Assembly (NCBI GenBank): GCA_964016885.1
Contig: OZ024752.1
Coordinates: 8,184,001 to 8,248,000 of the forward strand
Length of the DNA stretch: 64,000 nt
Source of the DNA: Eledone cirrhosa
Lineage: Eukaryota
Reading direction: 5' to 3'
Of this stretch, positions 1 through 13,202 are shown in pieces. Made by a program: the position numbers and the translations under genes. How positions within the stretch are numbered: position 1 is the first letter of the stretch; each line of letters starts with the position of its first letter. The notes beneath the pieces are model-generated. The model was not told where the DNA came from. It made no database searches and saw only the letters and a program-made list of their open reading frames with translations.

Positions 1-451
1 CATTGAATTGTATATATATATATATATATACACATATATATGTGGGTGTGTGTGTGTGTGTGTATGTGCATGTTCGTATGTATTTATATATATGTATGTG
101 TATATGTGTATTTATGTATATATATCAAATTTCGTTTTTGAATTTGTTTTGCGAGATTTCTTATCTGAAAACGTGTGTAGAAACAGATATTGTTATACTT
201 TGAGAGGGTCATGTTGTCAATTTATTGGCAACATGACCTTGCCAAAGTATAACAATAAATAAATATTTATATATATGTGTGTGTGTGTGAGCAAGACATG
301 GTCAGCTGACCTGGCATTGTTCACAACAGGATAACCAGCAAACCAGCACGACAGTGAAACATATGTAATATGTAACTAAATATGTATTTGATGCAATACT
401 GATTCTTTGTTCCTTTTTAATATCATTATACATACATATATATATATATAT

Positions 452-600
452 AACATGGGCGGTGGTGGTGAGAGCAGACCTCAGATCACTGAAGCTCACA
501 GAGGAGATGACGAAGGACCGTAACAAATGGAGAGATGCTGTGCTTAATAAGACCTGTCCACTCTTGCAAGCAAGGAAAAACGGACGTAAAATGATGATGA
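452..600 (+). mobile_element. RTE-clade LINE 3' end fragment
   Basis: Matches the 3' end of the RTE copies at 11253-11479 and 12792-13188 (VVRADLRSLKLTEEMTKDR..WRDAVL); ends in an (ATG)n tail; flanked by (TA)n. Confidence 0.85.
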
Positions 601-694
601 TATATATATAAATATATATATTTATATATAGCTGTTGTATATACCCTGATACCCTGATGTAAGTTAACACCTGTTATACACACTCTGCAAGATA

Positions 695-749
<55 letters not shown>

Positions 750-1092
750 CATAATTAAACAAAAATATACAGAGATACAATTACACAAAGTCTTATTAGT
801 TTAACGCTTGTAGGAAAAGGGGAAAAAAGCGTTGTCTTAATGTATTGGACCTTAGTCCTTCCTTGGAAGAGAAGATTGGAAGGGTGGAAAAAACAAAAAA
901 TCAGATTTGTCATTATGGCTGATGTGGACAGTTAAGTGAAGGTGTAAATGGTCCAGGGTGTGGAAGGGAGGCGGAGAGGTGATGGTGTGGTGTGTGGTGT
1001 CTATCATTAGTACTGGTCTATTACAGGTGAGGTGCATTTTGTGAGTGTGTGGGTTGCTGAAGAATTCTATCTAACATTATCTTTGTTTGGTT

Positions 1093-4000
1093 ACCAACCA
1101 CTTTACAGAGTGTATTGTAACATGACACCAGCACTACCACTTTACAGAGTGTACTGTGTGTATTGTATCATGACACAAACACTACCACTTTACAGAGTGT
1201 ACTGGGTGTATTGTAACATGACACCAGCACTACCACTTTACAGAGTGTACTGACTGTATTGTATCATGACACCAGCACTACCACTTTACAGAGTGTACTG
1301 TGTGTATTGTATCATGACACAAACACTACCACTTTACAGAGTGTACTGGGTGTATTGTAACATGACACCAGCACTACCACTTTACAGAGTGTACTGACTG
1401 TATTGTATCATGACACCAGCACTACCACTTTACAGAGTGTACTGTGTGTATTGTATCATGACACAAACACTACCACTTTACAGAGTGTACTGGGTGTATT
1501 GTAACATGACACCAGCACTACCACTTTACAGAGTGTACTGGATGTATTGTATCATGACACCAACACTACCACTTTACAGAGTGTACTGGGTGTATTGTAA
1601 CATGACACAAACACTACCACTTTACAGAGTGTACTGGGTGTATTGTAACATGACACAAACACTACCACTTTACAGAGTGTACTGGGTGTATTGTAACATG
1701 ACACAAACACTACCACTTTACAGAGTGTACTGTGTGTATTGTATCATGACACAAACACTACCACTTTACAGAGTGTACTGGGTGTATTGTAACATGACAC
1801 AAACACTACCACTTTACAGAGTGTACTGGATGTATTGTATCATGACACCAACACTACCACTTTACAGAGTGTACTGTGTGTATTGTATCATGACACAAAC
1901 ACTACCACTTTACAGAGTGTACTGGGTGTATTATATCATGACACCAACACTACCACTTTACAGAGTGTACTGTGTGTATTGTATCATGACACCAACACTA
2001 CCACTTTACAGAGTGTACTGGGTGTATTGTATCATGACACCAACACTACCACTTTACAGAGTGTACTGGGTGTATTGTAACATGACACCAGCACTACCAC
2101 TTTACAGAGTGTACTGTGTGTATTGTATCATGACACCAACACTACCACTTTACAGAGTGTACTGGCTGTATTGTATCATGACACCAACACTACCACTTTA
2201 CAGAGTGTACTGGGTGTATTGTATCATGACACCAGCACTACCACTTTACAGAGTGTACTGGGTGTATTGTATCATGACACCAACACTACCACTTTACAGA
2301 GTGTACTGGATGTATTGTATCATGACACCAACACTACCACTTTACAGAGTGTACTGGGTGTATTGTATCATGACACCAGCACTACCACTTTACAGAGTGT
2401 ACTGGATGTATTGTATCATGACACCAACACTACCACTTTACAGAGTGTACTGGGTGTATTGTATCATGACACCAACACTACCACTTTACAGAGTGTACTG
2501 TGTGTATTGTATCATGACACCAACACTACCACAGTTCAGAGTGTACTGGCTGTTTTGTATCATGACACCAACACTACCAGTTTACAGAGTGTACTGGATG
2601 TATTGTATCATGACACCAACACTACCACTTTACAGAGTGTACTGGGTGTATTGTATCATGACACAAACACTACCACTTTACAGAGTGTACTGGGTGTATT
2701 GTAACATGACACCAGCACTACCACTTTACAGAGTGTACTGGGTGTATTGTATCATGACACCAGCACTACCACTTTATAGAGTGTACTGGGTGTATTGTAA
2801 CATGACACAAACACTACCACTTTACAGAGTGTACTGGGTGTATTGTATCATGACACCAACACTACCACTTTACAGAGTGTACTGTGTGTATTGTATCATG
2901 ACACCAACACTACCACAGTTCAGAGTGTACTGGCTGTTTTGTATCATGACACCAACACTACCAGTTTACAGAGTGTACTGGATGTATTGTATCATGACAT
3001 CAACACTACCACTTTACAGAGTGTACTGGGTGTATTGTATCATGACACAAACACTACCACTTTACAGAGTGTACTGGGTGTATTGTAACATGACACCAGC
3101 ACTACCACTTTACAGAGTGTACTGGGTGTATTGTATCATGACACCAGCACTACCACTTTACAGAGTGTACTGGGTGTATTGTATCATGACACAAACACTA
3201 CCACTTTACAGAGTGTACTGGGTGTATTGTATCATGACACCAACATTACCACTTTACAGAGTGTACTGGGTGTATTGTATCATGACACCAGCACTACCAC
3301 TTTACAGAGTGTACTGGGTGTATTGTATCATGACACCAACACTACCACTTTACAGAGTGTACTGGGTGTATTGTATCATGACACCAGCACTACCACTTTA
3401 CAGAGTGTACTGGGTGTATTGTATCATGACACAAACACTACCACTTTACAGAGTGTACTGGGTGTATTGTAACATGACACCAGCACTACCACTTTACAGA
3501 GTGTACTGGGTGTATTGTATCATGACACCAGCACTACCACTTTACAGAGTGTACTGGGTGTATTGTATCATGACACCAACACTACCACTTTACAGAGTGT
3601 ACTGGGTGTATTGTATCATGACACCAACACTACCACTTTACAGAGTGTACTGGGTGTATTGTATCATGACACCAACACTACCACTTTACAGAGTGTACTG
3701 GGTGTATTGTATCATGACACCAACACTACCACTTTACAGAGTGTACGGGGTGTATTGTATCATGACACCAGCACTACCACTTTACAGAGTGTACTGGGTG
3801 TATTGTATCATGACACCAGCACTACCACTTTACAGAGTGTACTGGATGTATTGTATCATGACACCAGCACTACCACTTTACAGAATGTACTGGGTGTATT
3901 GTATCATGACACCAACACTACCACTTTACAGAGTGTACTGGGTGTATTGTATCATGACACCAGCACTACCACTTTACAGAGTGTACTGGGTGTATTGTAT

Positions 4001-4736
4001 CATGACACCAGCACTACCACTTTACAGAGTGTACTGGGTGTATTGTATCATGACACCAACACTACCACTTTACAGAGTGTACTGGGTGTATTGTATCATG
4101 ACACCAACACTACCACTTTACAGAGTGTACTGGGTGTATTGTATCATGACACCAACACTACCACTTTACAGAGTGTACGGGGTGTATTGTATCATGACAC
4201 CAGCACTACCACTTTACAGAGTGTACTGGGTGTATTGTATCATGACACCAGCACTACCACTTTACAGAGTGTACTGGATGTATTGTATCATGACACCAGC
4301 ACTACCACTTTACAGAATGTACTGGGTGTATTGTATCATGACACCAACACTACCACTTTACAGAGTGTACTGGGTGTATTGTATCATGACACCAGCACTA
4401 CCACTTTACAGAGTGTACTGGGTGTATTGTATCATGACACCAGCACTACCACTTTACAGAGTGTACTGGGTGTATTGTATCATGACACCAACACTACCAC
4501 TTTACAGAGTGTACTGGGTGTATTGTATCATGACACCAACACTACCACTTTACAGAGTGTACTGGGTGTATTGTATCATGACACCAGCACTACCACTTTA
4601 CAGAGTGTACTGGATGTATTGTATCATGACACAAACACTACCACTTTACAGAATGTACTGGGTGTATTGTATCATGACACCAACACTACCACTTTACAGA
4701 GTGTACTGGGTGTATTGTATCATGACACCAACACTA
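1093..4736. repeat. 48-bp tandem satellite (~76 units) derived from an RTE 3'UTR-type segment
   Basis: Unit ccactttacagagtgtactgggtgtattgtatcatgacaccaacacta; a single-unit version with the same flanks occurs at ~52590-52660. Confidence 0.97.
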
Positions 4737-4849
4737 GAGAGGTTGTCAAGTTCCTAACAAGACCAAAAGATCCTTTCTAGCCGATGTTGCCTCGGTTTAT
4801 TTAAACATTGCCACCATATTAACAACTATTTGGCTGTTTTTGTCTTGGT

Positions 4850-5130
4850 TGCTGTGTCTTCTCCTGGAGTATATATCTCACCACATCAGAGTTGCTGGGT
4901 CTTCTCCTGGAGTATATATCTCACTACATCAGAGTTGCTGTGTCTTATCCTGGAGTATATATCTCACCACATCACAGCTGCTGTGTCTTCTGGAGTATAT
5001 ATCTCACCACATCACATTGGTTGCTGTGTCTTTTCTTGGAGTATATCTCACCACATCACAGCTGCTGTCTCTTCTCCTGGAGTATATATCTCACCACATC
5101 ACATTGGTTGCTGTGTCTTCTCCTGGAGTA
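4850..5130. repeat. ~41-48 bp minisatellite
   Basis: Repeated gctgtgtcttctcctggagtatatatctcaccacatca. Confidence 0.9.
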
Positions 5131-5571
5131 AATATCTCCCCCTCAGCACATATTTTGGTCATTACCTTTAGAGATCTGCAATCATCATTTCATCCCATAT
5201 CTTCCTTCGTTTCTCTCTTCCTTCATCTCTTCTGCAGGCTCCATTCACTTCAAACATCTGGTAGCTGAATCCTTTCTTCTTTGCAACTTATTAAAACTTT
5301 AATCATTCTTATATTTACTTTGAGGTTTCCTAATTCTAGGCTTAGAATTCTTCTACAGGGTCTGCTATAACAATATGGTTATCAATCCCTCTTTTGTGGC
5401 TTGGTGGGACTATAATAAACAGAAGGAGGCTGAGAAAAGAGCCCTGATGTACCCCTACTTACTAAATTTGTCTCAATACTTATTACTGTCACCTTGTGTT
5501 AGCTGCTACTTTATATATGGCTTGCCTGACATTCCCAAGACATTCCTTTAGTTTCTTTAGTGACCATTATA

Positions 5572-5784
5572 CAGCGGTGTGCAGAACACTGGTGATGCCC
5601 GGGGCAAATCTTGATTGTATGCCCCCAAAGACTCAAGTATAAGGTCTAATGCCCCAAAGACTCAATATATAAACACAGATGAAACATGAAATAAACTCTT
5701 TATTCGATTTTAATATAAATCAATCATATTTATGAAGTTCTTTTCCCCAAAGGATGCCCTGGGCCAATGCACTGTCGCCGCCTG
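5572..5784. mobile_element. hAT-like MITE inserted in the RTE relic
   Basis: CAG...CTG termini, repeated subterminal gatgccc(c/t)gggc motif, decayed 8-bp TSD ccattata/ccgttaga; RTE reading resumes across it. Confidence 0.6.
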
Positions 5785-6074
5785 CCGTTAGAGAGCAGGG
5801 CGTGGGACCATGTGAAAGGACTTCTCCAGGACTTACTTATAGCTAGTACTTCTCTAGTAGTTGTCTTTATTAGGAAGAGGGCACCAAACTGGATCTCATT
5901 CAGGTTGATTCTCTTCCTAATTAGCTGAGCTATAATAACTTTTTCTATAAATTTAATAAGCTGCTCCATTACTTTGATGCCATGTCATCCAACTGTCTGA
6001 ATTGGCTCAGAAGAAATGACATAGCTATGATCTGCTGGTGTGTGGTATGACCACAGAGGATGATGTCAGCTCAA

Positions 6075-6215
6075 CTGAGCTAGGGGTGGATTTATACCTG
6101 TCTGAGAAGTGTGTTACTCCACACCAGGATTTACAACACCTGTCTGAGAAGTGTGTTACTCCACACCAGGATTTATAACACCTGTGTGAGAAGTGTGTTG
6201 CTCCACACCAGTGAG
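6075..6215. repeat. Short ~40-bp minisatellite
   Basis: cctgtctgagaagtgtgttactccacaccaggattta x3, bracketed by a duplicated ctgtctgaatt.gctcagaagaaat. Confidence 0.8.
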
Positions 6216-6484
6216 ACCTGGGCCATATCACCTGACTGTCTGAATTAGCTCAGAAGAAATAACAGCTATGATCCACTGGAACATGAGCAAACATAACATC
6301 TCTGATCCTCACAACACAGAACACAAGCAAACCTCACATCACAGAACATGAGCAAACCTCTTACATTCTGCATCTCTCTTTGTTAAATGTACTTGATGTC
6401 TAGCTTCTCTTCTAGATATTTGATGTTGTTCTTTCTTCCAGTCTTTCCAAGCTCGTCTCTTAGCTTTTATGGATCTATCTACAT

Positions 6485-6670
6485 CAGGCATGTCAGACTG
6501 AGGGTCTCCCGAGGGCCACATGGGTCACATATGTGTTGTCGAGGGCCACACATGCCAACTAACTGCGCACATTACAACTAATTTTACCAAGATAAAACAT
6601 GCTCGCGCTGTAACAACCTTTGTGTGGGCCGCAGCTGTGCCTGTAAAGGGCCGCATGTTTGACATGCCTG
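6485..6670. mobile_element. hAT/Charlie-like MITE
   Basis: TIRs caggcatgtcagac / gtttgacatgcctg; atcta-containing flanks; a second left end at ~16770. Confidence 0.75.
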
Positions 6671-6699
6671 ATCTATGGTACTTTTATGCCAACCACAGA

Positions 6700-6910
6700 T
6701 CTGGCGGACAGAATATTGAAGGTATTTCCCTGGAGGATGGTGAGGGAGATGCACTGGAAGAGCCATTCCAGCTCGCAGGCTTACCCCTGCGGGTAGCCAG
6801 CTCTGCACCTATGGTGGTGAGTAGGGATGTGGCCCTAGGGCCAAGGACTCCAGAATTCTCCACTGCTACAGGCTCGATTGCAGACCTGTCGGTATTTTTT
6901 CAAAGTTCAT
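6700..6910 (-). mobile_element. 3' fragment of an RLE-type (CRE-like) non-LTR retrotransposon
   Basis: Minus strand encodes (with a frameshift) PVAVENSGVLGPRATSLLTTIGAELA..LEWLFQCISLTILQGNTFNIL, resembling the CRE C-terminal ..LFQRLSIAIQRGNA motif. Confidence 0.65.
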
Positions 6911-7124
6911 GATGTAAATGGTGAGATTATTTGCACATATATTAACACTGACATCTTGAATTAGCAATGTAGTTTAGCAACTAATAGGTAAATTAGTGCA
7001 GTATTTCAATTAATGGTAACCAATGGTTACACATTTCAGAAAGTGACATTTGTTGACATGAGAAAAACTTTTGTGAGAATAACTAGCATTGCTGTGGCCT
7101 ATAGTGTATGTGGAATAAATGTTT

Positions 7125-7222
7125 CTATATACATACATGTATATATTGTATACATGTATATATTGTATACATGTGTGTATTGTATACATGTATGTATTGT
7201 ATACATGTATGTATTGTATATA
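7125..7222. repeat. 18-20 bp TA-rich minisatellite
   Basis: tattgtatacatgtatg repeated. Confidence 0.85.
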
Positions 7223-7519
7223 CAGTTGCCTCTCAGTTTTCACGGGGTTTATATTCCAGAGCTCCCACAAAAGTGAAAACCTGCAAATATTGGACGTGGT
7301 CCATTAAAATGTCTATAAATGTGAAAACAACGTAAGATAAAGGCCGACAAATACGGTATATTGTTATTAATAATTTAGTGTTAGAAAGCCTGAGAAAATT
7401 TATATTGCCACGAAAAAAGGCATAAAATAAAGATATTTACGATTCCTCGAATATTAATATGGTGACGAAGGGAAGATTTATGTAAAAATACTTAAGATAT
7501 ATAATTATTGTGTGGTAAG

Positions 7520-7755
7520 GATGGTGGATTGGTGAAATCGTATGTCAGATACCATGCTTTGCAGCATAGAGTTACGACCTTTGCAGCATAGAGTTACGAC
7601 CTTTATGTTCCAAGTTCAAATCCTGCTGAGGTTAGCTTTGCTTTCATCCTATGGGGTCAATAAAATAAAGTACCAGTAATGCACTGGGGTCGATTTAATT
7701 GACATTCCCCTCCTCTTCAAATTGTTGCCCTTGTTCCTAAAGTAGAAACAACTAT
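7520..7755 (+). mobile_element. tRNA-derived SINE, family 1
   Basis: A-box-like ggtggattgg, B-box agttcaaatcc, core ctttcatcct..ggggtc.ataaaataaagtaccagt shared with six other copies in the window. Confidence 0.85.
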
Positions 7756-8158
7756 TTTGCGGTAAGTTCAAATTACAGATCGGTAACTAAAAATGTTCCA
7801 TCACCAACCGAGACCGTTATTTATTCCTTCTTTGATTCCTTTATTGGTTTCAGTAAAACTTTATTGAGATCATGTTGGATACAGGTCTGAAAGGTTTTAA
7901 GTCAATCAACTACAGCACTTATTTTCAATCTAGAATTTACATTGATCTATCTTTGTTGAACAAACAGCTCTGGTTGTTAAGTGTTGTTAACATAAATACA
8001 GGCATACACACATATTGTAAATAGTTGGCGCCTGACAACTGAGCTCACGCTGTTTCAACAGCGAGTATATATATATATATATATCATCATCGATTAACGT
8101 CCATCTTCCACGCTAGCATGGGTTAGACGGGTGACCGTGTCTCGCTCAAATATATATA

Positions 8159-9335
8159 TACAAAATGGTATCAAAAGTTTCCGGTCTAGTTCTGTAGTGT
8201 GCCAACAAATGGTAAGACAGGGTTGTGTGCCAGTGAGGGCAAGTAGTGGCCTTCATGTATCAGTGAGCCAGTGAGGGCTAGTAGTGGCCTTCATGCAGCA
8301 CCAGTGTGTCCAGTGACATCGCTGTGGTCAATTCACAAGTTGTGATATTTGTGTTTTTGTCATAAAGAGGAAGTTAGAACAAAGAACCAAGGTGAAATTT
8401 TGTGTTCAACTTGGGAAGTCTGCTACAGAGATATTGAGCATGCTTTGGCAAGGTTAGTGACGAGACAATGAGTTGTAAGCAATGTTTCGAGTGACATGGG
8501 TACTTCAAAAGTAGAGAAACTTCTCTGGAAGACCTGCCACCAGCGACACACCTGAAAATGTGGAGAAAATGAATCAGCTTGTGTATGAGGATCGTAGAAG
8601 GTCAATCAACGATATTGCTGTTGTTGGTCTGCCATATGGGTCAGTTCAGGCTATCTTAACATCTGAATTGAACATGCAGCATGTCCCTGCCAAATTTGTC
8701 CCCTGTCTGCTGACCACTGAGCAGAAAGAACATCACGCCAAAGTCTGTCAAGATCTCAGTGAGTCATTGATGACCCATCCTTCATGTCAAGGATCATCTC
8801 TGGTGACGAGAGTTGGGTCTACAGGTACCACTCCGAGACAAAGCAGCCAACACAGTGGAAAAGCCCTTCGTCTCCAAGACTGAAGCAGGCACGACAGAGC
8901 TGCAGCCCAATTAAGAGCATGCTTATCGTTGTTTTTCGACATCCGCAGTGTTGTGCATCAGGTATTCATCCCCCAGAGCCAGGCCATCAATCGAGAGTCT
9001 ACTGCAACGTTTTGAGGTATTTGAGGGAAGACGTTTGGTGAAAGTGACCGGATCTGTGGAGCGCAAAGAATTAGATTCTTCACAACAACAATACACCCTG
9101 TCACCAAGCTGTCCTCACTTGTGTGTTTCTCATCCAAAACAACATTGTATCACTCCCACACCTGCCCTGTTCATCAGATTTAGCACCTGTCGACTACCAT
9201 CTCTTCTCAAAGCTGAAAATGCATCTCAAAGGTCGCCATTTTAACACAGTTGCTAAAATCCAGAGCAAATTGAAGAAGGTCCTTGACTCACGGAAAATCA
9301 CTTCCAGACTGGATTCCAAATGAATCAAATGAATA
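8159..9335 (+). pseudogene. Mariner (DD34D-type) transposase pseudogene with left end
   Basis: Frameshifted motifs EQRTKVKFC, KFVP.LLT.EQK, ISGDESWVY, HNNNTP.H, SSDLAPVDY.LF; begins in a TA tract; right TIR not seen. Confidence 0.9.
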
Positions 9336-9439
9336 GAAGTAAACACACACATGTACACCAGGTCCGAACACAGAGGAGCCAAACTCCCACTGTCATTGCC
9401 TCCATCTCTCACTATTATGAGCAAATGGGGTCCCACACG

Positions 9440-9690
9440 CTGGCTGGCCCTGGTGGACTGAATAGAGAAAGTGTTTCCCCGGAGGATGGTGAGGGAGATG
9501 TGCTGGAAGAGCCATTCCATCTCGAGAGCCTACACTCGCGGCTGGCCAGCTCAGCGCCAATGGTGGTAAGTAGGGAGGTAGCCCGAGGGCCAAGGACACC
9601 ATAAGTCTCTACTGTTACGAGTAGCTAGCTCAGCACCTATGGTGGTGAGTAGGGAGGTAGCCCTAGGACCAAGGACACCAGAAGTGTTCA
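9440..9690 (-). mobile_element. Second CRE-like RLE retrotransposon 3' fragment
   Basis: MEWLFQHISLTILRGNTFSI on the minus strand; homologous to 6700-6910; small internal duplication at 9625-9680. Confidence 0.65.
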
Positions 9691-10459
9691 GCCATGTCAT
9701 TTCATGTCTCGTTTGAAGCCATTTTACATGACATAAACCACAAATACCATTGGGAAGGTATGAACATCACAACTTCTCACCCAACTTTACAATATTTAAT
9801 ATGGAAATGTTGAAGGAACATTAGAACGAGCCAATGAGGGAGCCTCTAGAACGAGCCAATGAGGGAGCCTCTATGTGGTTGCTCTAGCTGCTAGATTTAG
9901 CAGTCAAATTATACTCTATGGTCTAAAGATATCTCATAATGCATCTTTGATGGGGACAGTCATGGTTGGGCTGTCTATGATCACATGTCTGCTCAGGAAC
10001 ATTAGTATGAATTTGCTGGGACAATATTTATTATGTTTATGAGTTCAATTTGTACCAGTAATTTGCTGAGGGGCAAGTGGACTAAATATCACTTTCCCAT
10101 TATTTAAAATTGGCATTCTGCTTTAAAAAGATCAATATTATTACCAATAATGGCGGCTGCTAGTTAGAGTGATATCAGTAGCAATAGTCTGAGGAACAGC
10201 AGTTGCAACCAGTAATGGTAGCAGTTTCACAACAAAACAGCAGCCGTAACAGTAGATTGCTGTGGTTCTAGATATTTTAAAGGTGATATTTTTATTAAAA
10301 TATCTTGCATATATAAACACTATTTTTATCATAAATACGATTTACAAAAGAAACACATCGATAGAAATTTATCAGAAGGAAAAAAAGAAACCGAGAGAAG
10401 ATTCAATCACACACTACACACAGAATGCTGATGTTTCTGTCTAAAATAATGCTGAGGCA

Positions 10460-10742
10460 AGGCTAGACATTCACAGTATTGCTGTGAGTGATAGCAAGGC
10501 TGAGATAAAGGAATAACCAAGCACTCTAGCAAGTGTCATATAACTGTTCAGTAAACCTAGACATTCACGGTATTACTGTGAGTCATAGCAAGGCTGAGAT
10601 ACAAGAATAGCCAAGTACTCTAGTGAGTACCACATGACTGTTCTGTAAGCCTAGATATTCACGGTATCGTATGAGTGATAGCAAGGCTGAGACAGGAATA
10701 GCCAAGCACTCTAGCAGCATCACATAACTGTTCTGTAGAGCG
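10460..10742. repeat. ~94-bp tandem repeat, 3 diverged units
   Basis: ctagacattcac.gtatt...gatagcaaggctgaga...ccaagcactctag...actgttc recurs at ~10462, 10557 and 10650. Confidence 0.85.
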
Positions 10743-11252
10743 AGCTGTCAATAATGACCAAAATCTCATTATCAACGATCCACCTCCTCAAAATGCCTGA
10801 AATGTTGCAAGCAGGCTGAAGAACGTAGTTTACCAATAAATTACGTTTTAATAGATTTTCAGTTTTGTATCGCAGAAAAACAAAAGAAAATACAGTAAAA
10901 CGCACACTAAATAATTTGAGGAATTGGTTTCATGTGTTCCTCATACGTACGACAACTCACGCCAATGTCCATTGTCCACTTTGTCTTTCATTACCAGCGA
11001 TATATTGAGATTAGATTCACTTGGTTATAGAGTTCCACTGCAAATTAATGGCTTTCTGCCAGTCTGTAAATACAAAATCGATTTTGATCCAGTGCAAATA
11101 TAAACTGGGGGCCCCCACCAAAAAAATATATATACACACTTCAACAACATTCTAATAAAAGTGTCTTTACAGCTTTTTGGGATACCCTGTATATATTTAA
11201 ATTAGTTTTTTAAGGCAATATCAGGGGCCAAACACACACATTATATATATAT

Positions 11253-11479
11253 ATGACCGCTGGGTAAAGAAATGCCAAGAAATGCCAGTAGAAGGAATAC
11301 GCGGTAGAGGAAGACCATGAAAAACATGGGTGGAGGTGGTGAGAGCAGACCTCAGATCACTGAAGCTCCAGAGGAGATGACAAAGGACCGTGACAAGTGG
11401 AGAGATGCTGTGCTGAATAGGACCCGTCCCACCCTTGCAAGCAGGGAAAAGCGGACGTAAAATGATGATGATGATGATG
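11253..11479 (+). mobile_element. RTE LINE 3' fragment
   Basis: DRWVKKCQEMPVEG..GRGRP.KTW; (ATG)n tail. Confidence 0.9.
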
Positions 11480-11520
11480 TGATAAATGGTTCCTATCTGG
11501 GTCCATTTACAAACTGACTG

Positions 11521-12723
11521 TTAGAGACTTTAAACTGTTTAAAGAGTGTATATATATTTGTTAGAGACTTTAAACTGTTTAAAGAGTGTATATATATTTG
11601 TTAGAGACTTTAAACTGTTTAAAGAGTGTATATATATTTGTTAGAGACTTTAAACTGTTTAAAGAGTGTATATATATTTGTTAGAGACTTTAAACTGTTT
11701 AAAGAGTGTATATATATTTGTTAGAGACTTTAAACTGTTTAAAGAGTGTATATATATTTGTTAGAGACTTTAAACTGTTTAAAGAGTGTATATATATTTG
11801 TTAGAGACTTTAAACTGTTTAAAGATTGTATATATATTTGTTAGAGACTTTAAACTGTTTAAAGAGTGTATATATATTTGTTAGAGACTTTAAACTGTTT
11901 AAAGAGTGTATATATATTTGTTAGAGACTTTAAACTGTTTAAAGAGTGTATATATATTTGTTAGAGACTTTAAACTGTTTAAAGATTGTATATATATTTG
12001 TTAGAGACTTTAAACTGTTTAAAGAGTGTATATATATTTGTTAGAGACTTTAAACTGTTTAAAGAGTGTATATATATTTGTTAGAGACTTTAAACTGTTT
12101 AAAGAGTGTATATATATTTGTTAGAGACTTTAAACTGTTTAAAGAGTGTATATATATTTGTTAGAGACTTTAAACTGTTTAAAGAGTGTATATATATTTG
12201 TTAGAGACTTTAAACTGTTTAAAGAGTGTATATATATTTGTTAGAGACTTTAAACTGTTTAAAGAGTGTATATATATTTGTTAGAGACTTTAAACTGTTT
12301 AAAGAGTGTATATATATTTGTTAGAGACTTTAAACTGTTTAAAGAGTGTATATATATTTGTTAGAGACTTTAAACTGTTTAAAGAGTGTATATATATTTG
12401 TTAGAGACTTTAAACTGTTTAAAGAGTGTATATATATTTGTTAGAGACTTTAAACTGTTTAAAGAGTGTATATATATTTGTTAGAGACTTTAAACTGTTT
12501 AAAGAGTGTATATATATTTGTTAGAGACTTTAAACTGTTTAAAGAGTGTATATATATTTGTTAGAGACTTTAAACTGTTTAAAGAGTGTATATATATTTG
12601 TTAGAGACTTTAAACTGTTTAAAGAGTGTATATATATTTGTTAGAGACTTTAAACTGTTTAAAGAGTGTATATATATTTGTTAGAGACTTTAAACTGTTT
12701 AAAGAGTGTATATATATTTGTTA
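11521..12723. repeat. 40-bp near-perfect satellite, 30 units
   Basis: ttagagactttaaactgtttaaagagtgtatatatatttg; only two variant units (aaagatt). Confidence 0.98.
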
Positions 12724-12791
12724 TTGCTGTTTTGAAAAGCCAGTAGCTTTGGCGAAACTTCTAACAGGCTATTGATAAATATTGTGTGTGT

Positions 12792-13188
12792 ATCATCATC
12801 ATCATCATTTTACGTCTGCTTTTCCCTGCTTGCAAGGGTGGGACGGGTCTTATTCAGCACAGCATCTCTCCACTTGTCACGGTCCTTCGTCATCTCCACC
12901 ATGAACTTCAGCGATCTGAGGTCTGTTCTCACCACCTCCGCATATGTTTTTCGTGGTCTACCTCTACCACGTCTTCCTTCAACTGGCATTTCCTGGCACT
13001 TCTTCACCCATCGGTCATCCTCCATGCGCATCACATGTCCATACCACCTCAGTCTCCTCTCCCGTACACTACATTCTATCCCTCTCAGACACAGTTTCTC
13101 TCTCAACACATCCATGCTGGGTCGTTCACGCACATTTACACTGCACATCCAACGGAGCATGCTTACCTCATTTCTCTCCAGTCGTCGC
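12792..13188 (-). mobile_element. RTE LINE 3' fragment with open C-terminal frame
   Basis: ORF 12810-13190 RRLERNE.SMLRWM...RRLRWYGHVMRM...GRGRPRKT; (ATG)n tail. Confidence 0.92.
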
Positions 13189-13202
13189 ATATATATATAT
13201 AT

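Larger units (their letters stand above)
5140..6484 (-). mobile_element. Degraded RTE LINE relic interrupted by a MITE and a minisatellite
   Basis: Minus-strand peptide remnants VDRSIKAKRRAWKDWKK, IAQLIRKRINLNEIQFG and VGVHQGSFLSLLLFIIV, collinear with the RTE RT at 19075-20645. Confidence 0.75.

Noticed and set aside
160-195. Hammerhead-like CTGAAAA..GAAA
   Set aside because: Core mismatch and no pairing helices I or II.
1410-4757. 1115-aa ORF as a repetitive protein gene
   Set aside because: Pure read-through of a 48-bp TE-derived satellite; no unique domains, and two frames are similarly open.
11521-12723. CRISPR-like array with palindromic repeats
   Set aside because: Units are head-to-tail with no variable spacers; no cas genes; eukaryotic context.
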